Origin: Bacteroidota bacterium
GTDB lineage: Bacteria; Bacteroidota; Ignavibacteria; UBA10030; UBA6906
NCBI GenBank assembly: GCA_041493205.1
Contig: JBGPYM010000002.1
Location: 1-40,086 of the forward strand
Reading direction: 5' to 3'
DNA: 40,086 bases
Of this stretch, positions 27,167 to 36,041 are shown piece after piece (within the stretch, counting starts at the first letter, position 1; each line of letters begins with the position of its first letter). The position numbers were made by a program, and so were the translations under genes. The notes beneath the pieces were generated by a model, which was not told the DNA's origin, searched no databases, and was given only the letters and a program-made list of their open reading frames with translations.

Positions 27167-28156
27167 ATGGAATTCCTGCTCGGCCTTCTCCCTGTCTGTG
27201 CTTTTCTCGCTGCGCTCTATCTCATGGACAGCTACAAGCTCATCCCTGTCCGCTCACTCGGTTGGTCCCTGGCGGCCGGATGCGGCGCGGCGGTTGCCGC
27301 CTTCGGTCTCAACATGTTCCTCTCGGACGTCACGGGGCTTTCCTTCGAGCCGTTCTCGCGGTACGTCGCACCGGTGACCGAGGAGACGCTGAAATCGGTA
27401 CTGCTGGTGCGTCTGTTGCTGACGCGCAGAACGGGGTTTCTTGTCGATACGGCGATTCACGGCTTTGCAATCGGCGCGGGGTTTGCGCTCGTGGAGAACA
27501 CCGGTTATTTCCTTACGCTGGGGTCGTCCTCGACGCTCCTCTGGATCGTCCGGGGCTTTGGCACGGCGATGATGCATGGTGCGGCGACGTCCATCGCGGG
27601 CATCATCGGGAAGGTGCTGACGGAGCGGGCGGGGTCGGCGTCCCCTGCCACCGTCTTCCCAGGTGTGCTGGCTGCGATACTCATACACTCCGCGTTCAAT
27701 CACTTCTTTCTCACCGCGGTGACGACCACCCAGCTGATTATCCTGGTGCTCCCGGTCCTGATGGGCGTCGTGTTCCGCCGGAGCGAGAAAGCGGTCCGGC
27801 GGTGGCTTGGCGTCGGTTTCGACTCCGACAGGGAGCTGCTGGAGATGATCACCACGGGCCGTCTCCGGGAGACGAAAATCGGCGTGTACTTCCAGACGCT
27901 TGAATCAAGGTTCCGGGGGGAAATTCTCGCCGACATGGTCTGCATGCTCCGGATCCATCTTGAGCTTGCGATTGCCGCGAAGGGGCTCCTCCTCATGCGC
28001 GAGGCGGGATTTGAATTTCCACCGGACCCGGAGTGGAAGGAACAGCTTGCGGAACTGCACTACCTCGAACAGAGCATCGGACGCACGGGCATCCTCGCCG
28101 CCGAGCCATTCCTTCACACCTCCCGGCACCAGCTCGCGCAACTGCTGCGGGTGTAG
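27167..28156 (+). CDS. PrsW-family intramembrane protease with a roughly 130-aa cytoplasmic C-terminal extension
   Basis: 329 aa. The PrsW motifs are EETLK (ExxxK/R class), GFALVEN, HGAATSIAG and HSAFNHF. It starts 12 nt after the previous gene. Confidence 0.8.
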   Translation: MEFLLGLLPVCAFLAALYLMDSYKLIPVRSLGWSLAAGCGAAVAAFGLNMFLSDVTGLSFEPFSRYVAPVTEETLKSVLLVRLLLTRRTGFLVDTAIHGFAIGAGFALVENTGYFLTLGSSSTLLWIVRGFGTAMMHGAATSIAGIIGKVLTERAGSASPATVFPGVLAAILIHSAFNHFFLTAVTTTQLIILVLPVLMGVVFRRSEKAVRRWLGVGFDSDRELLEMITTGRLRETKIGVYFQTLESRFRGEILADMVCMLRIHLELAIAAKGLLLMREAGFEFPPDPEWKEQLAELHYLEQSIGRTGILAAEPFLHTSRHQLAQLLRV

Positions 28157-28262
28157 CGGCCCATTGGTGCGGGAAGGGCGGCAATTGCCCTTGTTTCAAG
28201 GGGAGCGCGATGCAACAGGGGGCAGGGCGGGCACGTAAGAGAATAATCAATCAGGAGGCAGG

Positions 28263-29618
28263 ATGAAACGAATCATTATGCTGGGCATGCTCGCCTGTTC
28301 GATCGCCACGGCAGGCGACGGCAGGCTGTCGGTGCCCTACACGCGCTTCGCACTCCCGAACGGCCTGGATGTCGTCCTCCATGAGGACCATGCGGTCCCG
28401 TCCGTCGCGGTGAACATCTGGTACCATGTCGGATCGGGACGCGAAAAGCCCGGGCGCACCGGGTTCGCCCATCTGTTCGAACATATCATGTTCGAAGGAT
28501 CCAAAAACGTGCCGGAGGGGAAATTCGACGAATGGCTCGAGGCGGCCGGGGGGGACAACAACGGCACTACGACCACCGACCGGACGAATTATTTTGAAAA
28601 CGTCCCGAGCAACGCACTCGAGCTGCCGCTGTTCCTCGAATCGGACAGGATGGGTTTCCTCGTCGATGCCATGACGCCGGCAAAGGTCGACGGTCAGCGT
28701 GACGTCGTAAAAAATGAACGGCGCCAGAGTTATGAGAACCGGCCCTACGGACTCGCTTCGATCCTGCTCAGTGAAAACCTGTACCCGCCGGACCACCCGT
28801 ACCACTGGCCCACGATCGGATCAATGGACGATCTGACTGCGGCAAGCTTTGACGACGTCGTGGAATTCTTCAAGAAATATTATGTGCCCGGGAACGCATC
28901 GCTTGTCATCGCCGGCGATATCGATCCGGCCGGCGCACGGGCACTGGTGGAACGCTGGTTCAGCGATGTCCCCGGAGGGAATCCCGTTCCGCCTCAGCCG
29001 GCGCCGGTAGCGTACCTGACGGAAGAGAAGAGAATTGTGCATGAAGACAAGGTCCAGGTACCGCGCCTGTACATTGCATGGAATTCCCCGCCGTTGTACG
29101 CCCCCGGAGACGCCGAGCTGGACATTCTGGCCAGTGTCCTGACCGCCGGCAAGAATTCCCGGCTCTACAAACGGCTGGTCTATGATATGCAGATTGCGCA
29201 GGACGTGACCGCCTCCCAGGCGTCCTCGGGCCTCGCGTCGACGTTTCAGATCATCGTGACCGCCCGGGCCGGACACGGGCTCTCGGAAATCGAGACAGTC
29301 GTGAACGAGGAAATCAGAAAGGTCAAAGCGGAGACTCCGTCGCAGCGCGAAGTCGACCGCGCCGTGAACCAGTACGAAGCCTCGTTTCTGGACAGGCTTG
29401 AGAATATCGGCACCAAGGCAGATCTCCTGAACAGCTATCTCACCTCCACGGGAAACCCCGACTTCTTCAACGAGGATCTGGCCCGCTACAAGGCGCTCGA
29501 TCCGAAAGATATCCAGTCTGTCGCGGTGACGACCCTGCGTGAGAACGGCCGCGTCGTTCTGAGCATCGTGCCGGAAGGGAAAACTGAACTTGCCGCGACC
29601 AGGGAGGATGGAAAATGA
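28263..29618 (+). CDS. M16-family (pitrilysin-like) zinc peptidase, active subunit
   Basis: 451 aa with a signal peptide. The inverted zinc motif HLFEH lies in GFAHLFEHIMFEGS. AGGAGG lies upstream of the start. Confidence 0.9.
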   Translation: MKRIIMLGMLACSIATAGDGRLSVPYTRFALPNGLDVVLHEDHAVPSVAVNIWYHVGSGREKPGRTGFAHLFEHIMFEGSKNVPEGKFDEWLEAAGGDNNGTTTTDRTNYFENVPSNALELPLFLESDRMGFLVDAMTPAKVDGQRDVVKNERRQSYENRPYGLASILLSENLYPPDHPYHWPTIGSMDDLTAASFDDVVEFFKKYYVPGNASLVIAGDIDPAGARALVERWFSDVPGGNPVPPQPAPVAYLTEEKRIVHEDKVQVPRLYIAWNSPPLYAPGDAELDILASVLTAGKNSRLYKRLVYDMQIAQDVTASQASSGLASTFQIIVTARAGHGLSEIETVVNEEIRKVKAETPSQREVDRAVNQYEASFLDRLENIGTKADLLNSYLTSTGNPDFFNEDLARYKALDPKDIQSVAVTTLRENGRVVLSIVPEGKTELAATREDGK

Positions 29619-31111
29619 ACAGAGAATTCAGCATGAAGAAATCAGACGTCAGAACGATGTGGGGAATGATCGTTGCCGCGATCCTCCTGTCACTTGCGCC
29701 GCTGACATACCTCCAGGCACAACCGGACCGGACCGGTCCGCCGAAACTGGGCCCCCCGCCGGCGCTCAAACTCCCCCCCATCCAGCACCTGAAACTCTCC
29801 AACGGGATCCCGGTCGTCCTGCTTGAAAAACATGCCGTGCCCGTCGTCCAGATCGACCTTGTGGTGAAGGCAGGTGCGTCGATGGAACCCCCCGAGAAAT
29901 CCGGTCTGGCGAGCATGACTGCGACAATGCTGATGGAGGGGGCCGGACTGCGCGACGCCCTCCAGCTCGCCGATGCGATTGACTATCTCGGCGCACACAT
30001 CGGAACGGGGGCAGGGCAGCACACGACAGGCATTTCATTCCACACGCCCGTCGGTAAACTCGACTCGGCACTTGTGCTTCTCTCAGACATTGTGCGCCGT
30101 CCTACGTTTCTGGGGGCCGATCTTGAACGGAAGAAAAAAGAGCGGCTGACCGCGCTGACGCAGTGGCGGGATGAACCGCGCATGCTTGCGTCGGTGATGT
30201 TTAGCCGCACACTGTACGGCACTGCGCACCCCTACGGCGTCCCGTCGATCGGGAGCGAGAAGTCGATACGATCGCTCACGCCGGACGACGTGCGAAAATT
30301 CCACGCCGGCTATTTTGTGCCGGGCAACACCACCATCGTCGTCGTGGGCGATGTCAACCCTGCAGCATTGCTCGCCCGCCTTGAAAAATCGTTCGGAAGC
30401 TGGAAAGGGAAGTCCGCCTCCCTGCCGTCCCTTCCGGCAATTGGGCAGATCAAGGAAAAGACGCTGGTCCTTGTGGACAAGCCGGGGGCACCGCAATCGG
30501 TGATCATGATCGGACGCATCGGCGTGCCGCGGCTGACCGATGATTTCTATCCCATCATAGTGATGAACACGATTCTGGGCGGGTCATTTTCGTCGCGGCT
30601 CAACCAGAACCTCCGCGAGAAGCACGGGTACACCTACGGGGCCGGGTCGCGTTTTGAGTTCCGTCCTCTCCCCGGGCCCTTTGTCGCGAGTGCCTCCGTG
30701 CAAACGGCGGTGACCGACAAGGCCCTGACGGAGTTCATGAATGAGCTGCGCGGGATTCTTGCAGAGGTCCCGGACGAGGAGCTCGCACGAGCGAAAAACT
30801 ACCTCGCGCTCGGATATCCCGGCGACTTCCAATCCGTCGGTCAGATCGCGGGCCAGATCGAAGAACTCGTCATTTACGGCCTGCCGGACGACACGATGAA
30901 CAAGTACATCGGGCGCGTCCTTGCGGTCACGAAGGAAGAAGTGCTGCGCGTGGCCCGGAAGTACGTTGTCCCGGACAACCTGGCGATCGTCATTGTTGGT
31001 GACAGGAAGGAGATCGAAGGGGGAGTTGCGGCGCTCGACCTTGCCCCGGCGACCTACCTGAGCGTCGAGGATGTCCTCGGGCCGGCGCCATCGGCCGGGG
31101 AAGGGAATTGA
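29615..31111 (+). CDS. M16-family peptidase, non-catalytic (HxxEH-less) subunit
   Basis: 498 aa. The ATGA start/stop overlap links it to the upstream gene. The position equivalent to the zinc motif reads GLASMTATMLMEGAG. A signal peptide follows MKKSDVRT. Confidence 0.85.
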   Translation: MNREFSMKKSDVRTMWGMIVAAILLSLAPLTYLQAQPDRTGPPKLGPPPALKLPPIQHLKLSNGIPVVLLEKHAVPVVQIDLVVKAGASMEPPEKSGLASMTATMLMEGAGLRDALQLADAIDYLGAHIGTGAGQHTTGISFHTPVGKLDSALVLLSDIVRRPTFLGADLERKKKERLTALTQWRDEPRMLASVMFSRTLYGTAHPYGVPSIGSEKSIRSLTPDDVRKFHAGYFVPGNTTIVVVGDVNPAALLARLEKSFGSWKGKSASLPSLPAIGQIKEKTLVLVDKPGAPQSVIMIGRIGVPRLTDDFYPIIVMNTILGGSFSSRLNQNLREKHGYTYGAGSRFEFRPLPGPFVASASVQTAVTDKALTEFMNELRGILAEVPDEELARAKNYLALGYPGDFQSVGQIAGQIEELVIYGLPDDTMNKYIGRVLAVTKEEVLRVARKYVVPDNLAIVIVGDRKEIEGGVAALDLAPATYLSVEDVLGPAPSAGEGN

Positions 31112-31115
31112 CCCC

Positions 31116-31811
31116 ATGACAGCCGCCGGACTGGCCGTGCTGGAGCGTGAGGTGATCGCGTGCCGGCGCTGTGTGCGGCTCGTCCGGTGGCGTGAGAAGG
31201 TCGCCCGGGTGAAAGTCCGCCGGTTCTCCGACCAGGAGTACTGGGGAAAGCCGATCCCCGGTTTTGGCGATCCCGCCGCCCGGCTGCTGCTGATCGGTCT
31301 CGCACCCGCGGCCCACGGGGGGAACCGGACCGGGAGGATGTTCACCGGGGATGAAAGCGGCAACTGGCTCTTTCGCGCCCTGCATGCGGCAGGCTTTGCA
31401 AATCAGTCGGCCTCCGTTGACCGCCGCGACGGCCTCGCGCTCACCGATTGCTATATCACGGCAACCTGCCGTTGCGCGCCGCCGGGCAACAAGCTCCTGC
31501 CGCGGGAAGTTCTGACCTGCCGCCCCTTCCTCCTCCGCGAACTCGCACTCCTTACGCACGTGCGCGTCGTCGTCGGCCTCGGCCGCGTGGGGTTTGAAAC
31601 GGCGCTCTCCTCCTATCGCGCCATGGGAAGGATCGCCTGGGCGAAGAAACCGGCGTTCGCACACGGTGCACGCTACGATTTCGGTGACATCACCCTCCTT
31701 GCGTCGTTTCATCCAAGCCAGCAGAATACGTTCACCGGCCGTCTGACGCGCCCGATGCTTCAACGGGTGTTCCGCGAGGCCCGCACGGTCCTCGGAAGCC
31801 GGTCCCGCTGA
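31116..31811 (+). CDS. Uracil-DNA glycosylase superfamily protein (motif A GLAPA suggests family 5)
   Basis: About 231 aa counted from MTAAGLAVLEREV. It has a CRRC cluster region, LLIGLAPAAHGGNRTGRMFTGD, and motif B SFHPSQQN. Confidence 0.8.
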   Translation: MTAAGLAVLEREVIACRRCVRLVRWREKVARVKVRRFSDQEYWGKPIPGFGDPAARLLLIGLAPAAHGGNRTGRMFTGDESGNWLFRALHAAGFANQSASVDRRDGLALTDCYITATCRCAPPGNKLLPREVLTCRPFLLRELALLTHVRVVVGLGRVGFETALSSYRAMGRIAWAKKPAFAHGARYDFGDITLLASFHPSQQNTFTGRLTRPMLQRVFREARTVLGSRSR

Positions 31812-31827
31812 GCGAACCGGAAGGCCG

Positions 31828-31856
31828 TTGGAAGAGTCCGCGGCCTTTGCTATCTT
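31828..31856 (+). promoter_or_regulatory. Possible promoter of the patatin-like gene
   Basis: TTGGAA (31828-31833), a 17-nt spacer, then TATCTT (31851-31856). The ATG follows after only 3 nt, so the call is tentative. Confidence 0.3.
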
Positions 31857-31859
31857 TCA

Positions 31860-33041
31860 ATGCCAACCATTTCATCCCGTACCATACTCCCGGGCAGTCG
31901 CGTGGGAAAACTTGCACTCGTTCTCTCCGGAGGCGGTGCACGGGGCGCCTTTCAGGCCGGCGCACTCGTGGAGCTTCTGGAGCATTTCAGAAAGACGGGC
32001 AGGCGGATCAACATTCTCTCCGGCACCTCCGTCGGCGCACTCAACGGCATGAGCATTGCACAGGCGCCCGATCTCCGCGCGGCCGGCGAGGAGATCGAGC
32101 GCCAGTGGAAGCAATTGACGAACCGGGATATCTACCAGATCCGCGGCTGGGAAATATTCGGATTGATGCTCAAGTTTGCCACCACCCGGATGGACCGCTG
32201 GCCCGCGGTCAGGGGTGTCGACTCCCTCTTTGACAATGCTCCCCTCTACAGGAAGTATGTCAGGGGGTATTTCCGGCATGATCTGATACGCGAACGGAAA
32301 ACGGTGGACGAGTTTTATGTGAGCCTCAGTTCCCTGAACACCGGAGCGGCGTATATCCGCTCCATCACGGACGAACCGGATTCACACAAAGCGATGGAAT
32401 ACATCATGGCCTCCACGATCACGACCGTCGCGTACCCGCCGGTGCGGACGATCGTGGAAGACCCGGATGTCCCCGCACAGTGCCGCAACGTCCCGCAGCT
32501 CTACGCCGACGGGGGAATTTCCAACAAGACGCCCCTGAAAAGCGTGCTGAAGTTCGGCGGGGTGAGCGACCTCTACGTGGTGAACACCTACCCTTCGTAC
32601 CCGAACATGTCGGAACTGAGCATTCGCGCCACCTTTCCGAACGTGTTTGCGATCCTGATGCGGACGGCGCTGGAGTTGTTGCCCAATCTCTACTTCCTGC
32701 GGGATATGGACACGGTACGGGACGTCAACAACGACCTGGCGTCATGGGAACGGGTCAAGGCGGCGCTCCGGACTGCGGTTGCGGACGACGCGACCCGCGC
32801 CCGCCTTGAAGAAATCCTCCGGAGCGAGGAAGACCGCTTCTCCTTCAAAGAGGGGAACAAACAGATTATCGATCCGGTGATTATCGCGCCGGATGAAGAG
32901 CTGCCGGTGCAGGACACGGAGTTCGTTCAGCCGAAGCTTGGGGAGACATTTGAAATGGGGCGCGAGAAGGCGCGGAAGGTATTGCAAAAAATGTCGTCCC
33001 ATGATAGCGGGACGGGCGTCCCCGCCCGTCGCTCTTCCTGA
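31860..33041 (+). CDS. Patatin-like phospholipase
   Basis: 393 aa. The oxyanion motif is GGGARGAF, the nucleophile motif is GTSVG, and the catalytic Asp lies in ADGG. The last 11 codons and the stop fall inside the repeat element. Confidence 0.88.
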   Translation: MPTISSRTILPGSRVGKLALVLSGGGARGAFQAGALVELLEHFRKTGRRINILSGTSVGALNGMSIAQAPDLRAAGEEIERQWKQLTNRDIYQIRGWEIFGLMLKFATTRMDRWPAVRGVDSLFDNAPLYRKYVRGYFRHDLIRERKTVDEFYVSLSSLNTGAAYIRSITDEPDSHKAMEYIMASTITTVAYPPVRTIVEDPDVPAQCRNVPQLYADGGISNKTPLKSVLKFGGVSDLYVVNTYPSYPNMSELSIRATFPNVFAILMRTALELLPNLYFLRDMDTVRDVNNDLASWERVKAALRTAVADDATRARLEEILRSEEDRFSFKEGNKQIIDPVIIAPDEELPVQDTEFVQPKLGETFEMGREKARKVLQKMSSHDSGTGVPARRSS

Positions 33042-33079
33042 GAAAATATCCACAGGCAGGGACGCCGGTGCCACTGCAA
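33006..33079 (+). repeat. REP/BIME-like palindromic element, short copy
   Basis: It matches the reverse complement of 10906-11040. Identity is 35/37 over the block carrying hairpin GACGGGCG-TCCC-CGCCCGTC (33011-33030). The match continues with CCACNGGCAG and then GGGACGCCGGTGCCACTG. It lacks the central 57 nt of the long copy. Confidence 0.75.
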
Positions 33080-33082
33080 TAG

Positions 33083-34282
33083 TTACCCGAGCCGGATGCG
33101 GAAGGTTGTGCCGACACCGACGGAACTCTGCTTGACGTACAGTTTTCCCGTGTGATACTCTTCGATGATGCGCTTGGAGAGCGTCAGTCCAAGCCCCCAC
33201 CCGCGCTTCTTCGTGCTGTACCCGGGCCGGAAGACGTCCTTGTGGAATTTCGGGTCAATCCCCTTGCCCGTGTCCGTGACGTCGATGGTCGTTTTGCCCG
33301 CCGCCTGCGCGAGACGGAATGAGATAATGCCGGTCGGCCCCTCCATCGCATCCAGCGCATTCTTCATGAGGTTTTCCACCACCCACTCAAACAGCTCCCG
33401 GTTCATTCTGACCGGGAAGCGCCCCGGAGTTTCAATGATGCAATCAACCCTTTTCCCCGAACGGGGGATGCGTTTGGCGATATAGGTGATCACGCCGTTG
33501 ATAACCTCCGTGGCGTCCTCCTCCTTCAGATCGGGCCGGGAACCGATTTTCGAGAATCGCGCCGCAACCTTGTTGAGGCGCTCGATATCGTGCTCCATCT
33601 CCTGAAGGCTTTCCCTGATGACCGGCGCGCCGGCACCTACCGCCTTCGCGCGCTCCAGCCATCCGATCATGCTGGAGAGGGGCGTCCCGAGCTGATGAGC
33701 GGTTTCCTTCGCCATCCCGACCCAGATATTGCTCTGTTCCGTGCGTTTGATGTAACTGAAGCCGACATAGGCGACAAAGATGAACACGGCCGCAAGGATG
33801 ATTTCCAGGATGGGGAGCCACCGGAGCTGACCGATCAGTTCCGACTCTCCGTAATGGACGTAGTTGAGGACGATGGTGTCATTGACCGTGATCCTGATCG
33901 GCTTGTTCTCCTTGTCCATGAGCGCGAGCATCGGCCGGATAATTTCCTTCTGCTGGTCGCGGGTCAGAAGGGAATCGAGGTCAACGTTTTTCCAGTAGAG
34001 GGGTTCGTTTGACGCATCGCTCAGGACGACGGGGAAATCGATCGTGCGGATGACTTCATCGAACAGGAAGCTGAAATCGCCGCTGGCGGCGCGCTCGCTG
34101 CTGATGTACTCGTAGGATTTCGCATACAGGTCGACCACCTGGCGTTCACGGACGAGAAGCTGATTGGTGATCCTTTGCGAATACACGAGCATGGCAAGGA
34201 CGAAGACCGAGGCGAACGCCAGCAGGATGATCTTGAAATTGCCGGCCTGGCCGAGCGGAAGTCCGGCGAATGGGTTTTTCAT
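33083..34282 (-). CDS. Sensor histidine kinase (two TM helices, periplasmic loop), no cognate response regulator adjacent
   Basis: 399 aa. The H-box is ETAHQLGTPLSSMIGW, the N-box is NLMKNALDA, G1 is DTGKGI and G2 is GWGLGL. Confidence 0.88.
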   Translation of the reverse strand: MKNPFAGLPLGQAGNFKIILLAFASVFVLAMLVYSQRITNQLLVRERQVVDLYAKSYEYISSERAASGDFSFLFDEVIRTIDFPVVLSDASNEPLYWKNVDLDSLLTRDQQKEIIRPMLALMDKENKPIRITVNDTIVLNYVHYGESELIGQLRWLPILEIILAAVFIFVAYVGFSYIKRTEQSNIWVGMAKETAHQLGTPLSSMIGWLERAKAVGAGAPVIRESLQEMEHDIERLNKVAARFSKIGSRPDLKEEDATEVINGVITYIAKRIPRSGKRVDCIIETPGRFPVRMNRELFEWVVENLMKNALDAMEGPTGIISFRLAQAAGKTTIDVTDTGKGIDPKFHKDVFRPGYSTKKRGWGLGLTLSKRIIEEYHTGKLYVKQSSVGVGTTFRIRLG

Positions 34283-34294
34283 GGGGAGTATGCG

Positions 34295-35563
34295 CTATCG
34301 GGCTATCGTTTGATCCCTTCTCGGCCCGACGGAGACCAGCCAGACCGCTGTGCCGGTCAGGCGTGCGAGTGCGTCGAGGTATGCACGAGCGGCCGCAGGA
34401 AGATCGCCGTACGTCTTCACCTGCGCCAGGGAGGTACGCCACCCGGGGAATGATTCATAGATCGGCGTCACCTGCTCCAGCGTCGTCAGGTCCGTCGGGA
34501 ACGATTTGAGCCGCCTGCCTTTTACTTCATACGCGACGCACACCCGTATTTCGTCAAAGGTGTCGAGCACGTCCAGTTTTGTGACAGCGATGTGCGTGAT
34601 GCCGTTGATCATGGCGGAGTACTTCAACGCAACGGCGTCAAACCAGCCGCACCGTCGCGGACGGCCGGTCGTGGAACCGAACTCATGTCCGAGCGCACGC
34701 AGCCGCTCCCCGGTCGCGTCGTTCAGTTCCGTGGGAAACGGCCCGTTCCCCACGCGGGTGCAGTAGGCCTTCACGACGCCGGCAATATCGTCGACCGCCG
34801 TGGGGGGGATGCCCAGCCCGGTGCACGCCCCGCCCGAGGTCGGGTTGGACGATGTGACATACGGATAGGTGCCGTGATCGACGTCCAGGAGGGCGCCCTG
34901 GGCCCCCTCCGCAATGATCCGCAGGCCGTCGGCCAGGGCGCGGTTGAGGTAGAGTGCGGTGTCGGTCACGAACGGGTCGATCTGCTTGTCGAACTCCTGG
35001 TACTCGGCGATCATCCGGTCAACGTCGATGGTCGTCCCGCCGTACACCTTCGTCAGGATCTGGTTCTTTTCTTCGAGGTTCGCGGTGATCTTCCGGGCGA
35101 GCACGTCCCGGTCGAGGAGGTCCACGATCCGGATCCCGTTGCGTGTCGCCTTGTCGATGTACGCGGGCCCGATTCCGCGTCCCGTTGTCCCGATCTTGTC
35201 CGCCCCCTTCTCCCTGATCACGTCGAGTTGCTTGTGGTACGGCATGATGAGGTGGGCGTTGTGGCTGATCAGCAGGCGTCCCGTGATATCGATGCCGGCG
35301 TCGCGGAGCTGGCTGATCTCGAGCATCAGCGCGGCGGGATCGATCACGACACCGTTGCCGATGACGCAGGTGATTTTCTCATGAAAGATGCCGGAGGGGA
35401 TCAGGTGCAGGATGTACTGGCGCTCGCCGATGCAGACCGTGTGGCCCGCATTTGCGCCCCCCTGGTACCGGGCGACGATTGCGGCATGTTCGGCAAGGAG
35501 ATCGACTATCTTTCCCTTGCCTTCGTCGCCCCACTGGGCGCCGACGATGATCTGAACGGGCAT
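34295..35563 (-). CDS. purA: Adenylosuccinate synthase
   Basis: 422 aa counted from MPVQIIVGAQWGDEGKGKIVD. It also has QGGANAGHTV. The upstream 32 codons of the track ORF cross the terminator and are rejected. Confidence 0.95.
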   Translation of the reverse strand: MPVQIIVGAQWGDEGKGKIVDLLAEHAAIVARYQGGANAGHTVCIGERQYILHLIPSGIFHEKITCVIGNGVVIDPAALMLEISQLRDAGIDITGRLLISHNAHLIMPYHKQLDVIREKGADKIGTTGRGIGPAYIDKATRNGIRIVDLLDRDVLARKITANLEEKNQILTKVYGGTTIDVDRMIAEYQEFDKQIDPFVTDTALYLNRALADGLRIIAEGAQGALLDVDHGTYPYVTSSNPTSGGACTGLGIPPTAVDDIAGVVKAYCTRVGNGPFPTELNDATGERLRALGHEFGSTTGRPRRCGWFDAVALKYSAMINGITHIAVTKLDVLDTFDEIRVCVAYEVKGRRLKSFPTDLTTLEQVTPIYESFPGWRTSLAQVKTYGDLPAAARAYLDALARLTGTAVWLVSVGPRRDQTIAR

Positions 35564-35601
35564 TGCAGACGATCCGGATGATGAATGACAACGCCGGGCA
35601 C

Positions 35602-35643
35602 AAAAAAAAATCCCCGACCTTCCGCTGTCAAAGGTGGGGGATT
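35602..35643 (-). terminator. Rho-independent terminator after the secD-secF-STAS unit
   Basis: On the minus strand the sequence is AATCCCCCACCTT-TGACAGCGG-AAGGTCGGGGATT, followed by seven more T residues (nine in a row including the stem end). The 13-bp stem has one G.G mismatch. Confidence 0.85.
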
Positions 35644-35659
35644 CGACGTTGAGAAGCAA

Positions 35660-36001
35660 TCATTTTTTGAAGCTTGCCACAGCTTCCGCGACGCCCGGAT
35701 ACATTTCGAAGATTGCACCGAGCTTGGTAATGCGGATCAGCGAGAGAATTTTCTCCGATGCGCGGGCAATCTTGAGCGCACCGCCCGCGGTTTTCAGGAG
35801 ACTTGCTCCCCCGATGAGCAGGCCGAGGCCGGAGCTGTTCATGAACTGCACGCCGCCAAGGTCGACCACCACATGCCGCGTTCCGCCGTCGACCAACTCG
35901 TGGAGCGTCGCATTGAGGGCGCTCGCGTCCGGTCCGCCCATGAGGTTGCCGGTGAGCGAAACCACCGCCACATCACCCCGTGTTACCGTGGAAAGTATCA
36001 T
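35660..36001 (-). CDS. STAS-domain anti-sigma-factor antagonist (second copy in window)
   Basis: 113 aa. The phospho-acceptor context is QFMNSSGLGLLIG. It starts 40 nt downstream of secF. Confidence 0.85.
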   Translation of the reverse strand: MILSTVTRGDVAVVSLTGNLMGGPDASALNATLHELVDGGTRHVVVDLGGVQFMNSSGLGLLIGGASLLKTAGGALKIARASEKILSLIRITKLGAIFEMYPGVAEAVASFKK

Positions 36002-36041
36002 GACGTCGTCTCCTGAAGAACGGCTGACCCGCAGCGCCGGG

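Noticed and set aside
28174-28192. Hairpin AAGGGC-GGCAATT-GCCCTT after the PrsW gene, a possible terminator
   Set aside because: The stem is only 6 bp and the tail (GTTTC) is poor. It cannot be distinguished from a chance structure.
31821-31847. Hairpin AAGGCCG ... CGGCCTT after the UDG gene
   Set aside because: The stem is 7 bp with a 13-nt loop, and it overlaps a promoter-like TTGGAA-17-TATCTT. I list the promoter at low confidence instead of calling a terminator.
34592-35581. 329-aa plus-strand ORF
   Set aside because: It is antisense to purA, a high-GC artefact.
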